Of a stretch of DNA of 64,000 nt, positions 29,559-39,090 are shown one piece after another. Below the pieces are notes generated by a model, which saw nothing but the letters and a program-made list of their open reading frames with translations, was not told where the DNA came from and searched no databases. The position numbers and the translations under genes are program-made. Source of the stretch: an uncultured virus (IMG/VR IMGVR_UViG_3300025021_000095) (Duplodnaviria > Heunggongvirae > Uroviricota > Caudoviricetes); IMG/VR virus record IMGVR_UViG_3300025021_000095; one strand, written 5' to 3'. The number at the start of each line of letters is the position of its first letter. Within the stretch, counting starts at the first letter, position 1.

Positions 29559-30758
29559 TCAGTACTCGATGATGATGAGGCCGTCGGCGCCAGGGCCGCC
29601 GTTGCTGGCATTGCCCGCCCCGCCGCCGCCGCCGGCCCCGCCGCCGCCCGGATAGGCGCCGTTCGATCCGTTGGTGCCGGTGTTCGGGCCGACCTGGGAG
29701 CCCCCGAACGCGGGGGCGCCGACGCCGGAGAGGGCAGACCCGCCTGCCGCAATGAAGCCCGTGCCGCCCGCGTTGCCGGGCCGGCTCAGGACGTTGCCGC
29801 CGGAAGCCTGCGACCCACCTGCGCCGCTCGGCGTCGCGATGCCGTTCGCGGCGTACTTGCCGCCCTGGCCGCCGGGAGCCGAGACGAGGCCGCCCCAGGA
29901 CGACGTGCCGCCCGCGTTGCCGTCGCCCGACGTTCCGGTGCCTGCGGCCCCGACCGTATAGGCGACCGTGCTGCCAGGCGTGCACGGCACGTTGATCGCC
30001 TCGGCATAGGCGCCGGAGCCTCCACCGGAGCCACCATTACCGGCACCGAGCGCAGCGCCGCCACCGGCCCCGCCGGCGGCCCAGACCCGGATGCGCTTGA
30101 TGGCCGTGACGCCGGCCGGGACGGTCCACGTGCCAGCACCGGGCATCGTGAAGCTCGCCGTGCTCGACGCCGGCTGATTCGAGGTCAAGACACCGGCGAG
30201 CTGGAGGTTGGAACCGTCGTCGAGGAACAGCACGACCTGGCCCGCGATCCAGTCGCCCGCTCGGATCGGCGTGCCATCGGCGCGGACCACGGGGCGCAGA
30301 CCTCGATTGTCGAGGTTGCCGGCGGTGCCTCCTCCGACCGCCGTCGCCGCCATCTTGATGCTGTAGGCGTAACCCGCGACGTAGCCCGCGATGTCGGGGG
30401 TGACGTTGGCCGTGAAGGCGCTGGCGTTGCCCTGGGCTTCGCCGTAGTGCCAGAGGGCGAGTGCGGGAGGGAGAGGAGCCGACTCCGCGATCTTGGCGGA
30501 GAGCGCCGCGTTGAAGTTCGCCAGCAGCCCAGCCTGATCGCCATTGTCGAGCGCATCGTAGTTCCGGCTCGCAATGAACGCCGCGACCATCGCGGCGACC
30601 GAGGTCGACTGTCGCCACGCGGTGTTGCACTGCGCGGAACTCGCCACCCCGCCGGCGAAACCGCTCAACCGCGCACCGAGCGCTGCCCACCCGGCTGCGG
30701 TCAGCACGTTGGCGCCCGGACCCGTGCCGAAGGGCACGAACTCGTTCGTTCCAGCCAT
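29559..30758 (-). CDS. Baseplate-anchored glycine-rich tail fibre
   Basis: TNEFVPFGTGPGANV...GVASSAQCNTAWRQST N-terminal domain; Gly-rich C-terminal domain ending GADGLIIIEY. Confidence 0.85.
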   Translation of the reverse strand: MAGTNEFVPFGTGPGANVLTAAGWAALGARLSGFAGGVASSAQCNTAWRQSTSVAAMVAAFIASRNYDALDNGDQAGLLANFNAALSAKIAESAPLPPALALWHYGEAQGNASAFTANVTPDIAGYVAGYAYSIKMAATAVGGGTAGNLDNRGLRPVVRADGTPIRAGDWIAGQVVLFLDDGSNLQLAGVLTSNQPASSTASFTMPGAGTWTVPAGVTAIKRIRVWAAGGAGGGAALGAGNGGSGGGSGAYAEAINVPCTPGSTVAYTVGAAGTGTSGDGNAGGTSSWGGLVSAPGGQGGKYAANGIATPSGAGGSQASGGNVLSRPGNAGGTGFIAAGGSALSGVGAPAFGGSQVGPNTGTNGSNGAYPGGGGAGGGGGAGNASNGGPGADGLIIIEY

Positions 30759-30800
30759 GGTCGCTCTCAGGGGTTGGAGGGCGCGAACCCGCGCGAAAGG

Positions 30801-31592
30801 TCAGGCCTCGAGGAGGCGTTCGGGCTCGACGCCCCAGGCTCCGGCGTCGAAGCCGGAGACGAACTCGTTCTGAACGTCGAAGCCGAAGAGCGCCGCACCG
30901 TCGACGCTCGTCACGGCGTAGGTCGTCATCACGCCGGCCGGCTTGATCGGGATCGCATCCTGCGCCAGCAGCCCGAGCTCCAGGGGCCCTGGGATGCGGC
31001 CCGAGACGCCGATCGTCATGGAGACGTCGACGCGCTCGGTCGTCGCCTTGGCCGCCGCGGGATCGAACCAGTAGGCCTGATCGAACCCCTTTCCCTCTTC
31101 GTCGAAGGCGAACAGGATCTGCGGGTAGGGAACCTGCGCATTGTCCTGCACGAACACGTGCGTGGCCGGATCGATGAAGAAGACGTCGAAGGCGGCCTGC
31201 GCGCCCGGCACGGTGCCGTCCCACCGCTTGGCGAGGATGTTGGCCCGCAGCAGTCTCCGGTAGGTTTCGTCGTCGAGTGAGTAGACCCCGAACGAGCCGG
31301 AAAAAGGCCCTTTCCAGACGCCCCTGTCGAAGCCCAGGCGGTCATCGTCGAACGAGAACCAGGGCTGCGGAATCGGAAGTCGGACGGTGCGCGCCCGACC
31401 GACCCACAGTCCCACGACATCGAGTTGGGCGCCGATGGCCGTATCGAGATCGAAGACCGCGGGCAGGCCCGCGATGACCGCGCCGGCCGTGACGATCGGC
31501 TCCAAGGAGCCCGAAACCGTCGCGACGTAGCGCGGGTTCTCGACCTGCCAGGGCGTGATCCGACCGAGGTAGAGCGTGAGGGGCTTGGCCAT
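30801..31592 (-). CDS. Baseplate wedge protein (DUF2612)
   Basis: FDLDTAIGAQLDVVGLWVGR, LDDETYRRLLRA, KPAGV. Confidence 0.88.
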   Translation of the reverse strand: MAKPLTLYLGRITPWQVENPRYVATVSGSLEPIVTAGAVIAGLPAVFDLDTAIGAQLDVVGLWVGRARTVRLPIPQPWFSFDDDRLGFDRGVWKGPFSGSFGVYSLDDETYRRLLRANILAKRWDGTVPGAQAAFDVFFIDPATHVFVQDNAQVPYPQILFAFDEEGKGFDQAYWFDPAAAKATTERVDVSMTIGVSGRIPGPLELGLLAQDAIPIKPAGVMTTYAVTSVDGAALFGFDVQNEFVSGFDAGAWGVEPERLLEA

Positions 31593-32776
31593 CACACGAC
31601 CGTCGTGATGTTCACGTCGCTCGGGTCACAGACCAGGGCCTCGTTGAACGCCGCAGCGATGTCTCCATAGGCATCGCTTGTGAGGTCGGCCCGCTTGGCG
31701 ACGAGCCCGACGATCTCGAAGGTCGCGGCACGCGGGTCGTCCAGAAGGTTCGCCGCGGGATAGGCGCTGCTGAGCTGCTGATTGGCGCCGATATCGATGC
31801 CGTTCGTGTAGGCGGCGAGTGCCTGCTGGATCGCCGCGGCGACGTCGAGCGTGTAGCCCGCCTTCGGACGAAGCGTGACGTACCAGGCGATGGTGCGGCG
31901 TGCCGGGCGGAAGAACCGGATCGGATGCGGGATGCCGGCGCGATCGGTGAGAACCTGAAGTTGATCGCCGTAGGTGCCGACGCCGGGGCTCTTCTTGCCG
32001 GCGATGACGCTGGCGATGGTGGCGACATCGCCGCCCTCGACCACGGCCGTGAGGGTGTGACCCGGCGCGCCCGTGAAGCCGTCCGGGAGGTTCGTGTCGT
32101 TCTCGTAGGCCTTGACCCGCGTCACGCCCGTCACGGCGAACAATGCGCCGACCAGGGCCTCCAGGATGGTCTGCGCCGGGAGGGCCGTCGAAAGCGCCTG
32201 CCGCTGGCGCAACTGCCGATCGGTCTCGATGGGCAGGCCGACGGCCGCGGCGATGGGGTTTCCGACGGACTGCCAGCCGAGCGTCGGCGTGGCGATGGTG
32301 TCGATGGCGCCGCTCGGAGCCGCCACCGCGCCGAGGGTCTGACAGGTTGCGGTCACGGTGATCTGGCCGGCCGGCGGAATGATCACGCTGTCCGGCAGCG
32401 ACCACAGGTTTCCGCTCTGATCACGTGCCGCCCCCGAGACGATCTCGGCACCGACCTGACCGACGATGAGCACGTCGGCGGTCGAGTAGGTCGCCGACTT
32501 CCTGCGGATCCCGTTGATCTTCACGACCGACGACAAGCCGGCGCCCTGAGCCGTGGCAGGCGAGAACGCGTTGTAGACCGCGACGGCCTCGCCGTTCGCA
32601 TCATGCAGGGCGTTGGCGAGAAGCGCCATGAACTGCCCGTCCTGGCAGTCGGCTCCGAGATAGACATCCTGCCCGTAGATCGAGCGGTAGAGCCCCTGGA
32701 AGTAGCCGAGGCAGGCCGCGTAGTCGGGCCGCACGATGCCCGCTGCGGTGATCTGACAGACCGGCGTCGAGCCCAT
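31592..32776 (-). CDS. Baseplate J/gp47 protein
   Basis: SIYGQDVYL..DCQDGQ, FSPATAQGAGL, ETDRQLRQR. Confidence 0.9.
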   Translation of the reverse strand: MGSTPVCQITAAGIVRPDYAACLGYFQGLYRSIYGQDVYLGADCQDGQFMALLANALHDANGEAVAVYNAFSPATAQGAGLSSVVKINGIRRKSATYSTADVLIVGQVGAEIVSGAARDQSGNLWSLPDSVIIPPAGQITVTATCQTLGAVAAPSGAIDTIATPTLGWQSVGNPIAAAVGLPIETDRQLRQRQALSTALPAQTILEALVGALFAVTGVTRVKAYENDTNLPDGFTGAPGHTLTAVVEGGDVATIASVIAGKKSPGVGTYGDQLQVLTDRAGIPHPIRFFRPARRTIAWYVTLRPKAGYTLDVAAAIQQALAAYTNGIDIGANQQLSSAYPAANLLDDPRAATFEIVGLVAKRADLTSDAYGDIAAAFNEALVCDPSDVNITTVV

Positions 32777-32777
32777 G

Positions 32778-33170
32778 TCAGCGACCGTCCTGCACGAAGG
32801 TGTCGACCGCGGCCGTCGTCGTCGGGCGGCCCTGGGCATTGCGGCTGAAGGCGGTGTCGATGGTGGCTGCGATGGCGAAGCCACGCGTGTCGCGGTTCAG
32901 CACGCTGTTGTAGGCCGTGATCGCGACGACCCCTGGCGAGCCGAGGATGCGCGAGCGGTAGACTGGATCGCGGGTCGCCTCGGTCCGCTTGCCGAGCACG
33001 CGGGTCTCGACTTCCGTTCCTTCGGCCAGATCCAGGAACCACTGTCCCTGCCAGAGCTGAAGCCGGCTCTCGACGACCTGGGCCACCGCGTCAGGCGTGT
33101 CATGGTGGAAGGCGGCCTGATCGCCCCCGAACACCATATCGCCGTCCGCATCCACGCGACGGACCCGCAT
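32778..33170 (-). CDS. Baseplate sheath-initiator (gp46-like)
   Basis: RRVDADGDMVFG...RLQLWQGQWFLD. Confidence 0.8.
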   Translation of the reverse strand: MRVRRVDADGDMVFGGDQAAFHHDTPDAVAQVVESRLQLWQGQWFLDLAEGTEVETRVLGKRTEATRDPVYRSRILGSPGVVAITAYNSVLNRDTRGFAIAATIDTAFSRNAQGRPTTTAAVDTFVQDGR

Positions 33171-33991
33171 CAGCGGCCCCACGCCGCCAGCGCGTACCGG
33201 GCCTGAACGAGGCCGTCCGCCGGGCTCTGCGACCCGGTCACCGCGAGCAGTGTCGCGAGGCCGAGCCAGAAGCCGATGAAGCCGCCGAGCATCCCGGTGA
33301 AGGGGCCTCCGCCGTTGCTGAAGGTGCTCGGCGCGCCGAAGCTCTTGGCCGAGGTGACCGCATCCTTGAAGTGCGTCTTGCCCGTCACCTCCAGGCCCTT
33401 CGTCGCATCGATCGACATGGCCATGGCGGTCTTCAGCGCGATGCCGGACTGCGGGTTGACGGCGATGGTGTGCTTGCCCCCGTCGGCCGCCATCGATGGC
33501 CCGTTCTTGGGGTGCAGGTCGAACATGTGCTTGCCGTCGTCGGAGCGCATCTGCGTCGAGGTGGTCGACACGTTCTCGAGCTTGCGCGGCGTCGAGCGGA
33601 TGCCTGGGATGTAGATTGCGTCCGAGAGCGAGTGCATGCGGGCGTCGACTTGGCTCTGGATGCCGCCCTGCTGGTGCCAGGCATCGAGCGAGCGGCCGCA
33701 GAACAGGGCGATGCCCTCGTCCCCCTCCTTATGGGGATGCGTGACCGTCACGCCGCCGCCGCCCATGTGGTGGATCGGGCAGTCCGAGAGGACGGGAAGC
33801 TGCGTGAGCTCGCGCGTCCCGTCCGGCTTCAGCTTCGTCGCCTTCACGGAGGGTTGGAGGCTGATGGTGTGCCCGTCCTTCGAGTCGGCGGCGACCTTCA
33901 CCGGCATGGCGACCCAGATGCCGGCCTTCACGGCATCCGTGATCGTGGCCAGCATCTCGTCGAAGTCGTCGTAGCGAGTGCGCAGGTCCAT
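33170..33991 (-). CDS. Gp138-family baseplate spike
   Basis: GGGGVTVTHP..GDEGIALFCGRSLDAW, RMHSLSDAIYIPG. Confidence 0.88.
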   Translation of the reverse strand: MDLRTRYDDFDEMLATITDAVKAGIWVAMPVKVAADSKDGHTISLQPSVKATKLKPDGTRELTQLPVLSDCPIHHMGGGGVTVTHPHKEGDEGIALFCGRSLDAWHQQGGIQSQVDARMHSLSDAIYIPGIRSTPRKLENVSTTSTQMRSDDGKHMFDLHPKNGPSMAADGGKHTIAVNPQSGIALKTAMAMSIDATKGLEVTGKTHFKDAVTSAKSFGAPSTFSNGGGPFTGMLGGFIGFWLGLATLLAVTGSQSPADGLVQARYALAAWGR

Positions 33992-34932
33992 CAGGTCTGC
34001 TCCTCGGTGATGCCGCGGGCGTAGAGACTCGGCGACGCGCCGCCGTCGGCCTTGACGCACACGATCTCGGTGTACCAGTTGGGGCCGCGGGTATCGCCGT
34101 TGTGCTCGACGAGCAGCGCCTTGTAGATACCGTCCGCCGCGAGCCCGAGTTGGTTCTGTAGAAGTTCGTTGTTGAGCGCACCGGCGTAAGCCGGACTGAA
34201 GGCCGCCTGCTGGATGCTACCTTCGCTGATCCTAATCTTCTGGGCAGGCAGGATCCGGTAGTTGAGCAGGCAGCGCACGACGACGCCGTCGAGGGTCTGC
34301 TCGGGCAGCCCGATCATGCCCGTGTCGGAGTTCAATTCGATCACGCTGCCGGGAAGCGCGCTGTCGTTCTTCACCACGTTCAGGCGGCCGTTGGTGATGT
34401 GCCAGGACGAGCCGGTCGCGAAGCAGACCTCTCGAAGCAGGTCCCTGGCCATCCCGAAGCAGGCGAAGCCGCGCGGAAACTTCTTTGGGCCGAGGTCGTC
34501 GATGTGGCCGACCGTCACTCCGAACTCGCCGAGCGCCTTGGCGGCGGCGACGATGCGATCGCGGTACGTGTGGCCGGAGGCCAGCGACTTGTTCACCGTC
34601 GCGAAGTTGCGGGCACGCTGGGCGCTGGTCGCAAGAATGTGGACCACGGTGTCGGTGACGTTCTCGCGCAGGATGCGCACCTGAACGATCTCGCCTTTGA
34701 AGATGACCCCAGCACCGCTTTCGTAGCCCGCCTCCAGGGTGACGCTGCGGTACTCCTTCCGGATCGCCTGAGCCGTCGTCTTGGACAGGTTGTAGATGTA
34801 GATGTTGACGTGATGGGGCGTCGAGGAATCGCGCTGGTGCACGTCGAACCGGATGCGCATCTGCGATGCATCGAGCGCCTTGCCGCCACCCTCAATGGTG
34901 ACCCGACAGACGCGAAGGTACTGCTCGCTCAT
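33991..34932 (-). CDS. Baseplate hub protein
   Basis: IYNLS...VTLEAGY...IFKGEI, GMIGLPEQT, GDTRGPNWY. Confidence 0.82.
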   Translation of the reverse strand: MSEQYLRVCRVTIEGGGKALDASQMRIRFDVHQRDSSTPHHVNIYIYNLSKTTAQAIRKEYRSVTLEAGYESGAGVIFKGEIVQVRILRENVTDTVVHILATSAQRARNFATVNKSLASGHTYRDRIVAAAKALGEFGVTVGHIDDLGPKKFPRGFACFGMARDLLREVCFATGSSWHITNGRLNVVKNDSALPGSVIELNSDTGMIGLPEQTLDGVVVRCLLNYRILPAQKIRISEGSIQQAAFSPAYAGALNNELLQNQLGLAADGIYKALLVEHNGDTRGPNWYTEIVCVKADGGASPSLYARGITEEQT

Positions 34933-34937
34933 CACGG

Positions 34938-35252
34938 TCAAGCGGTGGTGACGTAGAACAGGTGCGCCGTCTGACCGAGGCCGGGGTAGGTCGGGATCTC
35001 ACCGGCCCCGCGGTCGGTCGTGACGTAGAGGCCGCCCGTGAAACCGAGGTGCCGGTGCTGCGCCAGCAGATCGACACCGACGACGAGCGGGATGCCGGCG
35101 ACGAGAAGCACTCCGTCCTCGTCGCCGATGTCGAGCGTCCAGCCGCCCTCCTCCGCATCGTTCCAGAGTGCTCGCATCCGGTAGACAATGCCGTCCAGAG
35201 TAATGGAGAAGCGCTGCGCCTGGGGCGTGAGGGGGATCTCGAGGGCGGCCAC
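34938..35252 (-). CDS. Baseplate plug-like protein
   Basis: EIPLTPQAQRFSI...WTLDI...GIPLVVGVDLLAQH. Confidence 0.78.
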   Translation of the reverse strand: MAALEIPLTPQAQRFSITLDGIVYRMRALWNDAEEGGWTLDIGDEDGVLLVAGIPLVVGVDLLAQHRHLGFTGGLYVTTDRGAGEIPTYPGLGQTAHLFYVTTA

Positions 35253-35255
35253 GGA

Positions 35256-35999
35256 TCAGGAGCCGAACACGTTGTAGGGCGACGCCTCGACGCCTTGAGG
35301 GCGGTTGTCGTTGTCGATGCCGTCGATCTGCAGTTCGCCCAGTTCGGCGGTTGGACCGGAGCTGAGACCGTCCATGCCGGGCGTCCCGAGCGATCCGAAC
35401 GACCCGTTGCCGAGCGAGCCGCCGTCGGTGTTGAAGCCGCCTGGGTTGAAGGATCCGGCGAACTCGCTGCCGGTGATGGGCAGGCCCTGCTGGTCGCCAC
35501 CGTTGGTGGTCCCGCCGGTCGTCTGCGGCGAGGCCTGATCTCCCGACTGCCCCGCACCGGCCGTGTCGCTGCCGGTGCTTGTGGTCTGGGTGGAGACGAT
35601 CTTGATCTCCTGAAGTCCGCACAGGACCATCAGGGCGTTCTCGGAGCGGGCGTCGGTGATGACACCCAGCGCGCGGATCAGCATGTTCCGATAGACGCGC
35701 TTGCCGGTCGTGACCGTGAACGGCCGTCGGCTCTGCTGGAGTGCACGAAGGGCTTGGTAGACGTCCTGCGTGTACCCGGCATAGGCGGCCGATGAGTCCG
35801 AGAACCCGCAGCGCATATCGAGCTCGGCCGGCCGGGCGAAGGCGTGGTCCGTGATCGTCGCACCCTTCTCGACCGGGTGCTGCGTGATGATGAGCTCGTC
35901 GCGGTGCGCCTCTTCGATCACCACGTCCGGGATCACGGTTCCGATGGACCGGACGGGCGAGGAGATCAGAGCGTAGGTCAGTTCGCCGAGGAGGGACAT
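35256..35999 (-). CDS. Dit-like baseplate / tube-initiator protein
   Basis: VVIEEAHRDELIITQHPVEKGATITDHA, VTTGKRVYRNML; Gly-rich C-terminal tail. Confidence 0.82.
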   Translation of the reverse strand: MSLLGELTYALISSPVRSIGTVIPDVVIEEAHRDELIITQHPVEKGATITDHAFARPAELDMRCGFSDSSAAYAGYTQDVYQALRALQQSRRPFTVTTGKRVYRNMLIRALGVITDARSENALMVLCGLQEIKIVSTQTTSTGSDTAGAGQSGDQASPQTTGGTTNGGDQQGLPITGSEFAGSFNPGGFNTDGGSLGNGSFGSLGTPGMDGLSSGPTAELGELQIDGIDNDNRPQGVEASPYNVFGS

Positions 36000-36023
36000 G
36001 CGCCGCCCTCCCGGTTGGCGTGG

Positions 36024-36311
36024 CTACAGGCGTTTGGGGTTCAGCAGGCCACGGATGATCGCGTCGTGTCCGGTCTCGGGCTTCAGCGGCGACTGCATGG
36101 CCAGCGTTTCAGCGGCGATACGCTGCGGATCGGCCGCGCCATCCGCGATGCGGGTCAGAGCGTCGGCCATCTCCTCAAGAAGCTGTGCAGCCTCGCCCTC
36201 GGTGGTCTCGTGCGCTGGAATGCCCTCAAGCTCGCCGGCCAGATCCTCGGCCGTCTCGCGCAGGTCCGCAACGAGTTCGTTCAAGGGGGTGCGCGGGAGG
36301 GGTTCGGGCAT
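36024..36311 (-). CDS. Acidic helical hypothetical protein
   Basis: MPEPLPRTPLNELVADLRE...; inserted between TMP and Dit. Start uncertain. Confidence 0.55.
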   Translation of the reverse strand: MPEPLPRTPLNELVADLRETAEDLAGELEGIPAHETTEGEAAQLLEEMADALTRIADGAADPQRIAAETLAMQSPLKPETGHDAIIRGLLNPKRL

Positions 36312-36396
36312 GTCGGGCACATTGCAGAACATCGATTTGAGATGCAATCATAGCCCGTCTATCGTGCCGAGTGGGCAAACAACGGAACCCTGAGCT

Positions 36397-37095
36397 ATGG
36401 AAGCGCTCCTCGTCGCGCTCGCGCTAGCACCGGTAACGATTATACTGTTTTTTATATTCTTTGCCCTGCTAGCTATATTAATTGCGATATTGTTCCCTAA
36501 ATTCTCAAGAAGTTTTGTGATTGCTTTCTTGTGTCTAACAGTTGCAGCGTATGCGTTAACATATTTGCCAGATCAGCCTCGAGATGTCTCTACGACAAGC
36601 GGCGATCAGGCGGTTTCGACCTCAAAGTCCTTATCGGCGACCGAAGCATCGGGAGATGAAAGCGATAGTTATTGGAGTCGATCACTACGCACAGATCCTA
36701 AGAGCGGTTCTGAAGCTCGGGAAATTCCTTCAGGATCTCGGCCGCAGAACGGCGGCACTACTTGGACAGGGCCCGCCTCTGCGGTGCGAACACCTCCCAC
36801 GCCAGCTCCAACAGGAAATCCAGGCCGTTGCCTGCTTCGGGTCGAAGGTACGACATATTTGGATGATGTCTGTAACGTTTCTATCAGTCAGGATGGAAGT
36901 TTCACAATAGGAACAGCTGAGCATCGCGAAGGCTTAACGTACTTCGCAATCGTCAATAGGCAAGGCGACGGAACTATGCTGGGTTTTTGGAACGAACGCA
37001 TTGGAGCAACACACGCTCAAACCCCTCTTGGTCGCCTAAAGCGAAACGGCGCGTGCTGGGAGAATGCGCGCGCATCGGTGTGTGCTTGGCGTTAG
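36397..37095 (+). CDS. Low-GC membrane-anchored moron protein
   Basis: Two N-terminal TM segments, Ser/Thr/Pro linker, Cys-containing C-terminal domain; opposite strand to the tail operon. Confidence 0.8.
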   Translation: MEALLVALALAPVTIILFFIFFALLAILIAILFPKFSRSFVIAFLCLTVAAYALTYLPDQPRDVSTTSGDQAVSTSKSLSATEASGDESDSYWSRSLRTDPKSGSEAREIPSGSRPQNGGTTWTGPASAVRTPPTPAPTGNPGRCLLRVEGTTYLDDVCNVSISQDGSFTIGTAEHREGLTYFAIVNRQGDGTMLGFWNERIGATHAQTPLGRLKRNGACWENARASVCAWR

Positions 37096-38912
37096 CGGAT
37101 CGCGGTCTGGGCGTTCCGCAGGCTCAACTCGTTGGATCGGTTCATCGCGCGTTCGACGAAGGCGCCGGTGGTTGCCGGGTCGCCCGAGCCATCGATCTTG
37201 ATCGACATCGAGTTCTGCATCGTCACCTGATTGGACGTGCTGTTGTTCGTCGTCGAAGCGCCCAGTGGAGCGCCGGCGGTCGCCTTGCTGACATCGAAGC
37301 CGCCTGGACTGAAGCCGCCCTGCGGGAAGTTGAGCGGCGGAAGCCCTGTCGGCTTAGATTTCTGAGCGTCCTCGTAAGCTTTCAGTGCTTCTCGCGCATA
37401 TCTGAAGCGACTTCCATAAGCCTTAACCCCCGCACCTTCGAAGTCGCGCTCAAACACACGCATCTCATCTTCAGATCCGGTTGCATTCTTGAGATTAGAA
37501 ATCGCGTGCTTGTGTGTGTTCTGAAGCTCCCACTTCAGGAAGCCGTAGTTCGCCTCATCGCTTCGTGGATCAAGTCCACGCTGCTTTGCATACTCGAAGA
37601 AGCGGCGTTTGCGTCCCGGATCGGTCCATTGTGCCCAGCCGCGCCCCGGGCCGCCGCCGCCCTCCTCGAAAGCTCTGAAGCCTGCGCTCTCATGGCCTAG
37701 GTTGCCGAGTACGATTGAGGCCTTTTCCTTCGTGAGCCCAAAGTCGTCCATAAGGCGCTGCATGACCCCTGGAGACTTCTCCCGAAATGTCTGACCCCCG
37801 ATGGGAGCGGTCGAGCCACCCCCGGCATCCGTCGGCGTCCCGATCCCCGTCTTTCGCTTCAGCCAATTGAGACCGCGCGTGAAGAGGCCGGGCTTCTGTG
37901 CCTCCTGATGGCTGTTGAGGCGAGCCTCGCCGTCAGCCACCTCGCTGCCCTTCCCGAGCCATGACGACACAACGCGTCCGATCGGGTCGCCTCCACGGGC
38001 GGTGTCGAAGAGGCCGAGCTTGCCGAGAAGGGAGATGACCCTCTCAATGACCTTGCCGATCTCGACGAAGCGGTCACGGATGAACCCGAGCTCCTTCGTC
38101 AGGTTGCCGCTCTCCAAGCTCTGCGTGAACTTCTCGACGGCGTCACCGACTCGCTTGAAAAAGCCCTCGATATCCTCGCGGTGCTCTTCGACCCATGTCA
38201 GGAGCGCCTTAACGACGCGCTCCAGCGCTGGGGCGAACTGGATCAACATCCGCTGGCCGACCGCGCCGATCAGGGCGCCGAGCGTCGTCAGGGACCGCGT
38301 GAAGCTGTGCCCGGCTTCGGCCGCCTTCTCGTTGTCGAGACCGACCATCCTGGCGGTCTGATCATACTCCTCGCGGTAGCGCTTGATCTCGGCGCGGTAC
38401 TTGGTGAGGGTTTGATAGGTGCCCTCGTCGATGCCCAGGAGCGAGGCCATCTGCGCACCCGCGTAGTACGGGTGCTTCTTCTGGATCGCGTCGATCGCAT
38501 CGGACAGGACGTCGATGCTGTCGCCCGCCTTGCCACCCTGCGTGGTGGCCACGCCCAAGTCGCGGATGAACTGCCCGACGCCGGGGTTCGTCCGCATGGC
38601 CCGGGCGAAGGACTCGACCGCGGACTGTGCGTTGGCCGTCGAGCTGCCGACCTGTCCGAAGGCGTAGCTCAGCCCCTGGATGTTCCTGGCCGTCGAGCCG
38701 ACGCGCTGGCTCGTGAAGTAGAGGGTGTCGAAGTTCGCGGCGATCTTAGCGACGGCAGCCGCGGCGGCGAGCGCGGCCGCCTCGAGCGCCAGGGTCAGCA
38801 CGGTGGCCGAGCGCGTGATGCCGGCGACCGTCTCTCGGACCTTGCGGCCACCCTGCTCGTCGACCTTCCAGCCGAGCGAGACCACGAACTCCTTGAGGAC
38901 GTCGGCGCTCAT
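37092..38912 (-). CDS. Tape measure protein with phage-tail-lysozyme domain
   Basis: LKEFVVSLGWKVD N-terminus; IVLGNLGHESAG, GWAQWT, FLKWEL, FERDFE. Confidence 0.85.
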   Translation of the reverse strand: MSADVLKEFVVSLGWKVDEQGGRKVRETVAGITRSATVLTLALEAAALAAAAAVAKIAANFDTLYFTSQRVGSTARNIQGLSYAFGQVGSSTANAQSAVESFARAMRTNPGVGQFIRDLGVATTQGGKAGDSIDVLSDAIDAIQKKHPYYAGAQMASLLGIDEGTYQTLTKYRAEIKRYREEYDQTARMVGLDNEKAAEAGHSFTRSLTTLGALIGAVGQRMLIQFAPALERVVKALLTWVEEHREDIEGFFKRVGDAVEKFTQSLESGNLTKELGFIRDRFVEIGKVIERVISLLGKLGLFDTARGGDPIGRVVSSWLGKGSEVADGEARLNSHQEAQKPGLFTRGLNWLKRKTGIGTPTDAGGGSTAPIGGQTFREKSPGVMQRLMDDFGLTKEKASIVLGNLGHESAGFRAFEEGGGGPGRGWAQWTDPGRKRRFFEYAKQRGLDPRSDEANYGFLKWELQNTHKHAISNLKNATGSEDEMRVFERDFEGAGVKAYGSRFRYAREALKAYEDAQKSKPTGLPPLNFPQGGFSPGGFDVSKATAGAPLGASTTNNSTSNQVTMQNSMSIKIDGSGDPATTGAFVERAMNRSNELSLRNAQTAIR

Positions 38913-39079
38913 TTCGTCTTCAGCGCCTCATGGATGCGGTGCCGGTTCTCGGTCTCGTAGGCCATCGCGTCATTGATCTCGGCGACATGCTCGATCGACA
39001 GCGGGCCTTCCAGAAGATCGGTGTACCGGTAGTAGCCGAGGGGGATCGGCCCGAGGATGAACTCGTCCCCGTCCGGCAT
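38909..39079 (-). CDS. Tail assembly chaperone, C-terminal ORF (probably reached by -1 frameshift)
   Basis: MPDGDEFILGP...YTDLLEGPLSIEHVAEINDAM; -1 frame is open back into the upstream gene. Confidence 0.75.
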   Translation of the reverse strand: MPDGDEFILGPIPLGYYRYTDLLEGPLSIEHVAEINDAMAYETENRHRIHEALKTK

Positions 39080-39090
39080 CAGCGCAAGCT

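Noticed and set aside
22411..30758. Diversity-generating retroelement or invertible fibre shufflon
   Set aside because: No reverse transcriptase, invertase or TR/VR pair seen in this window.
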